Assembly: GCF_006345805.1 (NCBI RefSeq)
Contig: NW_021833983.1
Span: forward strand, 6,305 to 70,304
Reading direction: 5' to 3'
Source: Octopus sinensis
Lineage: Eukaryota
Length of the DNA stretch: 64,000 nt
Below are positions 1 through 10,812 of the stretch, piece after piece. The notes beneath the pieces are model-generated. The model had not been told where the DNA came from and searched no databases. It saw only the letters and a program-made list of their open reading frames with translations. The first letter of the stretch is position 1; the number at the start of each line of letters is the position of its first letter. The position numbers were made by a program, and so were the translations under genes.

Positions 1-35
1 GGCATATATTATAAAGATACCGAATACATACAAAC

Positions 36-104
<69 letters not shown>

Positions 105-167
105 TATATATATATATATATAATATATGGGTGTGTGTGATTGTGTATAGAAGAATATATTAATACA

Positions 168-215
<48 letters not shown>

Positions 216-240
216 ATATGTATATATATATATTTGTGTG
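1..240. repeat. (TA)n/(TG)n microsatellite block
   Basis: Long alternating TA runs with short TG runs. Confidence 0.95.
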
Positions 241-311
241 TGTGCACATTTATACATTACTGTTAAGTAAGAGCCAATAAAAAGGTACTCATTCCATCCA
301 GTGACAGATAA

Positions 312-462
312 ATATAATTTAATGTACACTGAATTAAAATAAGATCTGCTAATTGTTTATTAAGACACAATGTTAGACACGCTTTTATAACATGCCTTGT
401 GTCTCCAAGCAGTGTATGAGCTCTGAGGACATAGTTTTAATACATTGTACATTAAATTATAT
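312..462. repeat. Small foldback (MITE-like)
   Basis: atataatttaatgtaca (312-328) is the reverse complement of tgtacattaaattatat (446-462); inner stems ctgct/agcag and gacacaa/ttgtgtc. Confidence 0.55.
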
Positions 463-614
463 ATATATATATATATATAAATTTAGGATATAAAAAATAT
501 AAATACCAGTTATGTTAGAAAGAAGAGTCACCTCTCCAAAGTCACATATTTCTCACTATAAACAAAATAGTGATAACGAAGCGAATATAAGACAAAACAC
601 AAAATAGGGTACAG

Positions 615-673
615 TCATCTGAGTATCAATTGATTTCACCTTTAGTGACAAGCACTTAGGCTCATCAGCAGAG
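615..673 (-). ncRNA. Hammerhead ribozyme-like motif (type I, Penelope-type)
   Basis: Minus strand: cucug CUGAUGA GCCU(A)AGUG-cuugu-CACU(AA)AGGU GAA AUCAAUUGAU A cucag; perfect 10-nt palindromic stem III; stem I imperfect. Confidence 0.5.
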
Positions 674-710
674 TTTACTGAATATAACTAGTTTTTCAAT
701 ATATATATAT

Positions 711-934
711 TTCTTTACTACCCACAAGGGGCTAAACACAGAGGGGACAAACAAGGACAGACAAAGCGATTAAGTCGATTCCATCGACCCCAATGCGTAA
801 CTGGTACTTAATTTATCGACCCCGAAAGGATGAAAGGCAAAGTCGACCTCGGCGGAATTTGAACACAGAACGTAACGGCAGACGAAATACGGCTTCGCAT
901 TTCGCCCGTCGTGCTACCGTTTCTGCCAGCTCGC
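711..934 (-). mobile_element. tRNA-derived SINE, family A
   Basis: Matches many other copies in the window (gagctggcagaaac...gttcaaattccgccgaggtcgac...gtttagccccttgtggg); B-box-like GTTCAAATTCC. Confidence 0.85.
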
Positions 935-1005
935 GTGCGCGCCTGTTCGTTTGAATGCCCCTGCGACATTCAGAAACGAACGATAGTAAGTAAAATTTAG
1001 AAAAT

Positions 1006-1177
1006 AAGATATCATTATAATTAAAAATAATAATAATAAAGTGTCCGGCAAGCCTAATCAATATAGGTAAATATATATAAAAATTTAAGATATACATTTT
1101 TTTAATATATATTTACCCATATTGGTTAAGCTTGCTGGCCACTTTATTATTATTATGTTTAATAATAATGATATCTT
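1006..1177. repeat. Imperfect palindrome, ~75-bp arms
   Basis: aagatatcattataattaaaaataataataataaagtgtccggcaagcc... mirrored by ...gcttgctggccactttattattattatgtttaataataatgatatctt. Confidence 0.75.
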
Positions 1178-1205
1178 TTTATATATACATATGTGTGTGT
1201 ATGTG

Positions 1206-1283
<78 letters not shown>

Positions 1284-1499
1284 ATGTATGTGTGTGTGTG
1301 TGTGTATGCATAATATATATGTATACCCCTGTATGGGTTGAGGTTACGCAACCATCTAAGGGATAATAAATATCCAATATACTACTGGGTGTATACCTAC
1401 GTATTTGTATCCATGTGCTTACTATTGCAGGGCAGTATCGGAATTGAATACTAGTTATGAGTGGGGGTGAAATAGAAATTTACCCAGAATTTATAAGAC

Positions 1500-2520
1500 A
1501 AATAAGAAAATGAAGAGGATAATCAATCGACAAGCATCAGCCTGTAGACATTCATTTGTATATATTTATTAATTGGTTACAATCATATGCATACAATCAC
1601 AGGCGCAGGAGTGGCTGTGTGGTAAGTAGCTTGCTAACCAACCACATGGTTCCGGGTTCAGTCCCACTGCGTGGCATCTTGGGCAAGTGTCTTCTGCTAT
1701 AGCCCCGGGCCGACCAATGCCTTGTGAGTGGATTTGGTAGACGGACACTGAAAGAAGCCTGTCGTATATATGTATATATATATATATGTCTGTGTGTGTT
1801 TGTGTGTCTGTGTTTGTCCCCCTAGCATTGCTTGACAACCGATGCTGGTGTGTTTACGTCCCCGTCACTTAGCGGTTCGGCAAAAGAGACCGATAGAATA
1901 AGTACTGGGCTTACAAAGAATAAGTCCCGGGGTCGAATGCTCGACTAAAGGCGGTGCTCCAGCATGGCCGCAGTCAAATGACTGAAACAAGTAAAACAAG
2001 TAAAACAAGTAATAAGTAATCAAAATAAACGAATCAAATAAGCAATAAACAAATAAATAGATAAATAAAAATAAACAAATGAACAAGAATAAATGAATGA
2101 AAAATACTAAGCCCTTACAGCTGTTTCTGCCAAATTTTCCACATCATGACAGAAATATACAGGGATTTTACAAAGGATAAACAAACATTGGACTGCGGTT
2201 GGGCAATTACTGAGCCCCAAAGCATCATCAGAGATACTATAATGTTAGGAATCTAATCTTGTGGGGAAATAGGGTAAAATAATAAAATAAAATAAAATAA
2301 AATAATAATATAATAGAAATAGTAAGGAATGGTAAAAAACGTCAATTCTAAGGTGATATCCATAATCCATGGGATTACATCTTATGGTAAAGAAAGTCTC
2401 TTCCAGGAGTAATTTCCACAGGTTATGAGAGTTAGGTCCTATTACAATTTTACTGTGGGAAATAGCAAGGGTAAGACGTTGTGGAGTGAGTTTAATGGGA
2501 TGATCCATATGTCAGGGGTC
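1500..2520 (-). mobile_element. Penelope-like element 3' end (family E) with HHR-like motif at 2112-2235, interrupted by a SINE
   Basis: Homologous to 3815-4170(+) and 33225-33590(-); CUGAUGA...UUGGCA GAA ACAGCUGU A AGGG; upstream ORF remnant KLLLEETFFTIRCNP loosely resembles a GIY-YIG C-terminus. Confidence 0.55.
1601..2010 (+). mobile_element. tRNA-derived SINE, family B (near full length)
   Basis: ggcgcaggagtggctgtgtggtaag...gggttcagtccc head, internal microsatellite, tail ggcggtgctccagcatggccgcagtc...gaaacaagtaaaa; many copies in the window. Confidence 0.85.
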
Positions 2521-3551
2521 AAAAGTTAGAGGCTAACTGCTTTTTAATAGAGCACCATAAAAAGAATTGAGAAAGTTAACTCATGTGAACTTGATTGGGG
2601 AAATCAATACATAAGTATTTCAATGAAAGAATAATTTGGGTAAAACCTTAGTGCGATGTTATTACTTATTACTTATTACTTGTTAACAAAAATCTCATCC
2701 TAACACCCCTATGAAAAATAGTGTGAAGCCATAGTTAATCCTGCAACTTAATTGGTCCACTAATATTTGAAAACAATGGCGTTGTTCAAGTCCGTTAAAT
2801 TTGTCAATAAAATCGAAAACAAATAAAAACGAAAAATAAAAGTATTTAAGGAATGAATTGTCTAAGGAGCCTTACTCAATGAATGGGCGATGAGTAGTGC
2901 CTACGTTTATGAGTATAGTACTTTTTAAAATATATCTGAGATATATTGAATTTACAAGTCTGAACGAGAAAAATAAAGGATGAAGCAATGAATGGAAAAA
3001 ATAAACAATACTGGACTCTATTGGAGGGAGGTGGCCGATTAGTACATTAACGTATTATGTTTTAATACAGAATTATTAACTTGAATGCCCGACAAATAAT
3101 GGGATGAATATATGAGCAATATATACTAAAAAATAGACGCTGATTAAAACAGAACTTAAAAATCCACGTGCAAAAAGTATCACGCCACTTACGAAACGAA
3201 CCAGTATGCAAATTAGAAGGTAGTCCAAAAGTTCATTTTAAAAGGACACGATGTGAACGCATGAAATAAAGCAGAGTCTGTAAACTTAGTTCGATACTTA
3301 GCCAGAACATAGAATTAAATTAGAGCAATATAACACGTATTAAAATGCAGAGAGGAATTATGCACTCAAGTAAGATTTAGGAAATATCATTCCGTTATGG
3401 ATAGATCTAAGTTATACTTTTAAATTTACAAGTAATTGTCCGTAATAGAAAAGCAAGAGTGGAAATGAATGAATGAAAATGTATTCAGACTTATAAACTA
3501 TAATTGAAGGGAGGTAACTGTGTATTACGTTCCCATTTCATAATAATAATA

Positions 3552-3798
3552 ATAATAATGAAATTATTGTATACAGTGCTCAGGCGCACCACAACTTGTC
3601 AAAGGTGCGTATAAAGCATATGCAGTAATGTACAAATGTCTGGAAAGCGAACAGTGTACGAGTCAGATACATGCTTGCGTGTGTATGGAGGGGAGAAAAT
3701 CAGGTGTAGTGTCGGCGAATCTCAGGAGGCATGGAAGTTTTGAAGGATGCAGTGCTCCGACAACTAACAACTGATGCCGGCAGTTTGTTCCATGCTTC
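3552..3798 (-). mobile_element. CR1-like LINE 3' end
   Basis: Minus translation EAWNKLPASVVSCRSTASFKTSM matches the WNxLP...FK C-terminal motif of CR1/L2 ORF2; homologous to 41915-42445. Confidence 0.7.
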
Positions 3799-3814
3799 GT
3801 TCCCGTTCTTTACT

Positions 3815-4170
3815 ATGTTATTTTATTTTATTATTTTACCCGAATTCACCCACATGTTATATTCCGAACATTATAGTCTCCCCGATGAAGCTTTGGGGCT
3901 CAGTCATTGTCCAACCCCTGTCCAATATTTGTTCAACCTCAGTAAAATCCCTGTGTATTACTGGCATGACGTGGAAGACTAGGTAGATTGGGCAACTCCT
4001 TAGTAGAAACAGGTGTAAGAGCTTAGCATTTCCCCACTCATTTATTCTTATTCATTTGTTTATTTTGATTACTTATACATATGATTGTAATTAATTAATA
4101 ACTAGATATAAATGAATGCCTACAGGCTGATGTTTGTCGATTGATTATCCACTCTATTTTCTTAATTACC
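3815..4170 (+). mobile_element. Family E Penelope-like 3' end, degenerate HHR at 3877-4021
   Basis: CCGAUGA AGCUUUGGGGCUCAG...GUA GAA ACAGGUGU A AGAG; flanks align with the 1500-2300 copy. Confidence 0.55.
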
Positions 4171-4199
4171 TTATATAAATACACACACGTATGACGGAT

Positions 4200-4371
4200 G
4201 GACTCTACACGTTTTTTTCAATTTTCTCTGTTTATTTCCTCTTATTCCTTTCTGCTGAAGAGCGTAGGCGCGAAACGTAAAATACTTTTTCATTTTTCCC
4301 AAGCGTCAAACTAATACATCTGTTTGTTGTTCATACACCTGTCTTCGTCTTTTGCTTTTCTATAAATTTCA

Positions 4372-4372
<1 letters not shown>
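4200..4372 (+). mobile_element. ~170-bp HHR-bearing repeat (family D)
   Basis: cttt CTGCTGA A GAGC GTAG GCGC GAA ACGT A aaat at 4248-4282; six more copies in the window. Confidence 0.7.
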
Positions 4373-4418
<46 letters not shown>

Positions 4419-5544
4419 GTGTGTGTGTGTGTGTGTGTGGTGTGTGTGTATAGTGTGTATATGTATACGTGTATATATATATATCTTTGTTATTTTTATG
4501 ACGAAAAATTAATCTGCTCAGAGTGAGGAGAAAACTATGTTGTACATATGAAACAGTCATTTATACATCTGAGCATACATTTATCTACACAGACACGCGC
4601 ACGTTCACATATGCATGGTAATTATGCGGTTAGGTAGTTATCAGTTTTATTCTGTTTAGCACATGAGATTTTGGCAGAGAGTTCATTAAAAATGAAAAGA
4701 CTAAAATTTAGTGCAAAAATATAAACGATCAGATGTAAGAGCAGTTAATACCTCTCTTCGTCTTAACTGTACTTACAACATCCATGCACCCACACCCAAC
4801 CAAACGCACACACACGTACGCCAATACGGAAATTAGCGCAATATCAAGTTACTTGTTTAAACTGTTTCTTTCTGTAAATAATGAGGCGACATGTCCTTGA
4901 ATCACTGAGATGAAAAGGTGGCGCTGCTTTTCCCAGTATTAACAGGTGTCTTCGGGATGTCTTTGAAGTCTGTTCAAACTGGGTGTGTAGTTCAATATAT
5001 ATATGCCAGGTGAGTTTCCGTTTTTATGTGACGTCATCATATATCGTGGATTCGATGTCGCTTAAAGCCTTCAGAAGTTTTTAATGAATTTTTTATCCAC
5101 CACGCATTGCGAAAACCCATGGGATAGTGTAGTCCTTGGTAAATAATACATTGTCTAAGAACAAAAAAGAAAAAAAAAACAAGAGACAAGACTGAATGAC
5201 TATAGGCGGAAATCGTTTGATTTGTTTTTTTCTCAAAGCTGACCTGAGATTAAACAACAACAACAGCAGTAGCAGCAGTAGCAGTAGCAGCAGTAGCAGT
5301 AGCAGCAGCAGCAGCAGCAGTAGCAGCAACAACAATAAAAACGAACTTAACTTGTGTGATTAAAATGTAACAATGGCCATTTCGATTTTCTGTTAAAGTT
5401 AAGTGTGTGTTTACTCCGTAACCTGGATAATCCCTTGATATTATGGAATGACATTATCCTTTGTAACTCGGACATTTTCCCACATTAAGGAGATGATCAT
5501 TTCTCATTAATGGGTGCAAATTTTAGTACATGACCAGCAATTTT

Positions 5545-5900
5545 TCGGGGGGTGTTGGGGAAGCTAATCGATTACATTAACCCCAGTGCTCAACTGGTTC
5601 TTATTTTATCGACCCCAGAAGGATAAAAGGCAAAAATCGACCTCAGTGGAAATTGAACTCAGAACGTAAAGACATACGAAATACCTCCACAAGGAGCTAA
5701 ACACAGAGAGGACAAACAAGGACAGACAAACGGATTAAGTCGATTATATCGACTTCAGTGCGTAACTGGTACTTATTTAATCGACCCCGAAAGGATAAAA
5801 GGCAAAAATCGACATCAGCAGAAATTGAACTCAGAACGTAAAGACAGACGAAATACCTAAGCATTTCGTCCGGCGTGCTAACGTTTCTGCCAGCTCGTCC
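5545..5900 (-). mobile_element. SINE family A, partial tandem copy
   Basis: Two consecutive gacgaaatacc...aactcagaacgtaaagac units. Confidence 0.8.
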
Positions 5901-6054
5901 TCTTAATCTGTTCTCAATAATGCGTGTATATTTTCCAGTCCTCGAGTTTTGTTTACACTACAACCGGAGACAATTTCACCCGGCAAGAAAAACAATTCGT
6001 TCAAGTCTGGAACAATTTCTCATGATAATCTATCATCTACTATCTTTAATATAT

Positions 6055-6397
6055 ATTTGTTTCAGTTATTGGACTGCCGCCATGCTGGGGCACCGCCCTG
6101 AAAGGTTTTAGTCGAACAAATCGTCTGGGGAATTTATAAGTCTGGTACTTATTTTACTAATTTCTTTTGCCGGACTGCTATGTTATAGGGACGTAAAGCA
6201 ACCAACACCGATAATCAAGTAGTTGCGGTGATGATAGTGAGGAAACGCAAACATAAAGATACACACATACATATATACAATGGACTTCCACACAGATTCC
6301 GTTTACTAAATTCAGTCACAAACCGTTGGTCCGCCTTGGGCTATATATAGTAAATGACACTTTCCCAAGGTGCCATGCAGTAGCACTCAACTCAGAA
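6055..6397 (-). mobile_element. SINE family B (diverged)
   Basis: Reverse complement of the family B tail and body. Confidence 0.75.
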
Positions 6398-6569
6398 TAG
6401 AGCAAGATTTTCCCATAATCTTGAGCAATTTCTCACACTGATGGAAATATATTTTCTCCATAACCTGGAACATTTTACCACGGGAAAAGGTATTTCCTCC
6501 ATAAAAGAAGGAAGAAAATATACTCTCATTGTCGTGGGAAATTATTCCAGATTACAGACGAAATATATA

Positions 6570-6795
6570 TCTGCATCATTTACATTTGACGGATATTTAT
6601 CCTCATCTTGTTTGTTGTTACCACAACATTTTGGCTTATTTACTCTCCAGGCTTCATCAGGTGTCCTGGTAGAATTTCGAACCCATTCCTAAGGTACTTT
6701 TGTTGCTATTATTATAATTATTATTCGAGGCACTTCCTGGAATTGAACTCGCAATAAAATAGAAGCCCGCGCACTAAACCATTACGCAATATGCC
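6570..6795 (-). mobile_element. tRNA-headed SINE carrying an HHR-like motif (copy 1)
   Basis: Minus strand: A box ttgcgtaatgg, B box gagttcaattcc, AAT-like spacer, then acac CUGAUGA A GCCUG..AAGCC AAA AUGU U GUGG (6621-6664). Confidence 0.7.
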
Positions 6796-6879
6796 CTAGG
6801 GCAATTATAGTATGAATTTTAGGGCTTATAAACCCAATATTTTTGCATCCTTCCTTAATACTTGTTCCCATATCTGCAC

Positions 6880-6951
6880 TAGGTCTACTAACCCGAAGAC
6901 TGCGAGCTCAATTTCAGGCAGTGCCTTGAATAAATAATAATAATAATGATG

Positions 6952-6985
<34 letters not shown>

Positions 6986-6994
6986 TGATAATAA

Positions 6995-7047
<53 letters not shown>

Positions 7048-7260
7048 TTTTGGCTGATATTATAACATCAGCCAAAAATACCTTAGGAATGAGAACCCAA
7101 GGTTGGTTTCAAAATTCTTCCAGGACACCTGATGGAGGCTGGAGAGTAAATCAGTCGAAATCTGTGGTAACAACAAACAAGATGAGGACACATATCCGTC
7201 CAATGAAAATAATGTAAATAATGTACAGAATCCCCTCATCTCAAAAATATAGAACAGAAA
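6880..7260 (+). mobile_element. tRNA-headed HHR SINE (copy 2)
   Basis: 3' half of the same tRNA-like head, (AAT)n ~110 bp, then ccttaggaatgagaaccc...acac CUGAUGG A GGCUG..CAGUC GAA (7125-7168). Confidence 0.7.
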
Positions 7261-7415
7261 AATATATTTATGTTTGTTGAAAATTGTTCCAGATTACGGG
7301 AATATGCGTCTCCATTTTTATGGAAAATTGTTTCCCAATATGGTGTTTCTGCAATTTTTGCATTATTGACAGAGAATTGGAGAACCTTCAACTGATTTTA
7401 AGACTCTTACAGTTA

Positions 7416-7812
7416 AAGGCGGCGAGCTGGAAGAAACATTAGCATGCCGGGCGAAATGCGTAGCCGTATTTCGTCTGCCGTTACGTTCTAAGTTCAAATT
7501 CCGCCGAGGTCGACTTTGCCTTTCATCCTTTCGGGGTCGATAAATTATGTACCAGTTACGCACTGGGATCGATATAATCGACTTAATCCGTTTGTCTGTC
7601 CTTGTTTGTCTCCTCTGTGTTTAGCCCCTTGTGGGTAGTAAAGAAATACGTATTTCATCTGTCTTTATGTTCTGAATTCAAAGACCACTGAGGTCGACTT
7701 TGCTTTCATCCTCTCGGGGTCGATAAATTAAGAACCAGTCGTATACTAGGGTTGATCTAATCGACTGGTCCCCTCCCCCAATGTTCGGACATTGTGACTT
7801 GAGCAGAAAAGG
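7416..7812 (+). mobile_element. SINE family A plus partial second unit
   Basis: aaggcggcgagctgg head; the sequence restarts at gtatttcatctg after aaagaaatac. Confidence 0.85.
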
Positions 7813-7925
7813 ATACTCTTACAGTATGTCATTTCCTTATTCAACATATAAAAAAAAGCACATGCTTATTATATTTGAAGAAAAGTAATAACACAATGTA
7901 TTAAGTTCCTCCAAAGCTAAGTCAT

Positions 7926-8290
7926 GGCTATGTGGTTAAGAAGTAACGAGGTTTCGGGTTCAATCCCACAGCAATGCACTTTGGGCAAGTGTACTCTTCG
8001 CTAGATTTAAGCCAACGGAAACTTTGTGTGTTTTGTAGGTGGAAGCTGTGTAAAAGGTTCTCTCTCTCTCTCCCTCTCCCCTCCCACACACGTACGTATA
8101 TATGTGTATATATGTGTGCGTATTTGTGTATATATGTGCGTGTCTGTTTCTTCCCAAACTCTTTGATAACTATTGTTGATTTATACACGCCACTGTAACT
8201 TAGCAGTCTGGCGAAGAGACCGATAAAATAAGTACCAGACTTTAAAAAAAAACGTACTCAGGTCGGTTTATAATAATAAAAATGATAATG

Positions 8291-8348
<58 letters not shown>

Positions 8349-8700
8349 TAATAATAATAATAATAACAACAACAACAACAACAACAATAATAATAATAAT
8401 AATAACAACAACAACTACAACAACATCGAATGAGAACATTAGGAATGAGAACCCAGGTTCGAAATTTCCCCAAGATACCTGATGAAGGATGTGGAGGATA
8501 TATCAGCCGAATCGTTGTGTTAACAACAAAGGTGAGGACAAATATCCGTCAAAAGTAAATAATGTACATAATGTACATAATTCCTCATCTCTTAAATATA
8601 GAACTGTATCAGGTCGGTTTGCTTGACTAAGTCCTTCAAGGTGGCATCTCAGCATGACTGCAGTCCAATGACCAAAATAAATAGAAGAGTACAGAATAAA
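7926..8700 (+). mobile_element. SINE family B split by an insertion at 8270-8608
   Basis: Head and body to 8269, tail (gtggcatctcagcatgactgcagtc) resumes after 8620. Confidence 0.7.
8270..8608 (+). mobile_element. 5'-truncated HHR SINE (copy 3) with 12-bp target-site duplication
   Basis: tcaggtcggttt at 8258-8269 and 8609-8620; atac CUGAUGA A GGAUG..CAGCC GAA UCGU U GUGU at 8475-8520. Confidence 0.8.
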
Positions 8701-8991
8701 ATGAAACTTCGAACATCAAAGAATTCAAAGAAATTTTTACAAGTCTGGTACTTATTTTACAAATCGCTTTTGCTAGACTATGTTGCAGGGACGTAAATAA
8801 ACCAACATCGATAGTTGGTTTCTTTACGGTGGTTTCTTTGTGGTAATGGTGGTGAGGAAGCGCAAACACAAAGACACATATACATATATACAATGGGCTT
8901 CCACACAGTTTCCATCTATCAAATTCAGTAACAATTTTGAAGGACTTTGAAGCAGAATGGGCATATCAGCCTGGACAGACGTCTACTATAC

Positions 8992-9175
8992 TAGTGCTCC
9001 GCAACCTGTTTTCACTTGCGGCACACTTATATTCTTTTGAAAATTCAACGGCACACTTCAACTAAAAATATAACTAAAGTATAGGGGGGAAATTATACAC
9101 AGGTTACACTGCGGCACACCTAGCATTGTCTCGTGGCACACAAATGTGCTGCGGCATACCTGTTGTGGAGCATAC
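8992..9175. mobile_element. hAT-type MITE
   Basis: Terminal tagtgctccgcaacctg / ctgttgtggagca, internal gcggcacac motifs; 16-bp unit catacctgttgtggag duplicated at the right end. Confidence 0.6.
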
Positions 9176-10019
9176 CTGTTGTGGAGCATACCTGTTGCTG
9201 TCATTTTCAGTATTTGGTATATGTTTTTTCTACTTTTTATCCGCTGTTAATGTCTAGCTTGTGCCAAACAGACAAGGTTGTCGATTCGACTTTGTTTACA
9301 GATATACTCTTCCATGTGAATACAAGAGAGCCAGGTAATACTGTGGGGTTTTTTTTGTATTGGTTTCAGTGTCTGTACTGGATGTCAGCATCTTCTCAAT
9401 ATTTTATTTCTGATGAGAATTGAAAATGTCAGCTATTTGCTGTGTGGATTTAAATGCAAACTCGACTTTGTCCGTAGATATCCTCTCAACTATAATAACT
9501 AGATAGGTCCACTAAAAAACACCAACAAACAAGCTAACAAAAAAACTGGTTCTTTGTACAGGTTACAGAGTCTCTATCCAAGGCATTGATCCATTGAAGC
9601 TAAAATCTAACTTCAGTTTCTGTTATAAGCCCAGAGCTTGACAACCATTGTTCGATTTCACTACGACAATGTTCTGTTGAGACTTGCTGAGTATTAACTC
9701 TAGACTGGTTTTTCTGTCTATTTATTTCCTTATACACAATCCCGCTGTTATTTGAGGGAGTTTTGGTAGCTATTTCTAGTAGTAATAGTGGCTGTGATGG
9801 TGGTGATAGAGGTGGTAGTAGTGGTGTTGGCGGTGACGGTGGTGGTGGTGGTGGTGGAAGTGGTGGAGTTGTTGTTGTTGTTGTTGGTAGTAGTAGTAGT
9901 AGTAGTATAGTAGTAGTAGTAGTAAAACCGGCGCAAACTTGAGAATCCGTATATAACTCAATTACTAAAGCTTTCAGCAACATCAAATGTAATAGATAGG
10001 GGAATGAGAAAGAGATGAT

Positions 10020-10031
10020 GAGAGCGTGAGT

Positions 10032-10069
<38 letters not shown>

Positions 10070-10725
10070 CTGAGAGAGGGAGAGAGATACAGATAGAGGG
10101 GGGAGAGAGGGAGAGAAGGAAAGAAAGCTGAGAGAGAAGTCAAAAATACATGTGTTGAGAAATTTAAGCGCGACTTCTGACATTACATAAACATTAGCAT
10201 AGATGAGAGTGTACGTGCGTGGATATGTGTGTATGTGTGTGTATGTGTGTATGTATGTATGTATGTATGTATGTATGTATGTATGTATGTATATATGAAT
10301 GTATGTATGTATGTATGTATGCATGTATGTATGTATGTATGTATGTATGAATGTATGTATGTATTGATGTATGTATGTATGTATGTATGTATGTATGTAT
10401 GTATGTATGTATGAATGTATGTATGTATGTATGTATGTATGTATGTATGTATGAATGTATGTATGAATGTATGAATGTATGTATGTATTGATGTATGGAT
10501 GTATGAATGTACGTATGAATGTATGTATGAATGTATGTATATATGTCTGTATATATGTATGTATGAATGTATGTATGTATGTATATATGTCTGTATATAT
10601 GTATGTATGAATGTATGTATGTATGTGTATGTATGTATGTATGTATGTATGTGTATGTATGTATGTATGTATGTATGCATATATGTATGTATGCATGCAT
10701 GTGCGTGTGTGTGTATGTATTTATG
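10020..10725. repeat. (GA)n and long (ATGT)n microsatellites
   Basis: About 500 bp of ATGT tetramers with GAAT variants. Confidence 0.95.
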
Positions 10726-10729
10726 TAGG

Positions 10730-10812
10730 GGAAGAATTCACAAAAAAAAACAAAAGACGAAGACGTTTCGAGTCTACGCTCTTCCACAAAAAGGAACATA
10801 GAAAGAAACAAG
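10730..10812 (-). mobile_element. Family D HHR repeat, internally deleted
   Basis: gtttcgagtctacgctcttccac, the reverse complement of gaagagcgtagactcgaaac. Confidence 0.65.

Noticed and set aside
9405-9432. CUGAUGA GAAUU GAAA motif
   Set aside because: No room for stem II and no stem I pairing; likely chance.
9600-9986. 128-aa ORF with poly-L/T/P tracts and a unique tail
   Set aside because: Half is trinucleotide repeat; no recognisable domain or convincing splice sites.
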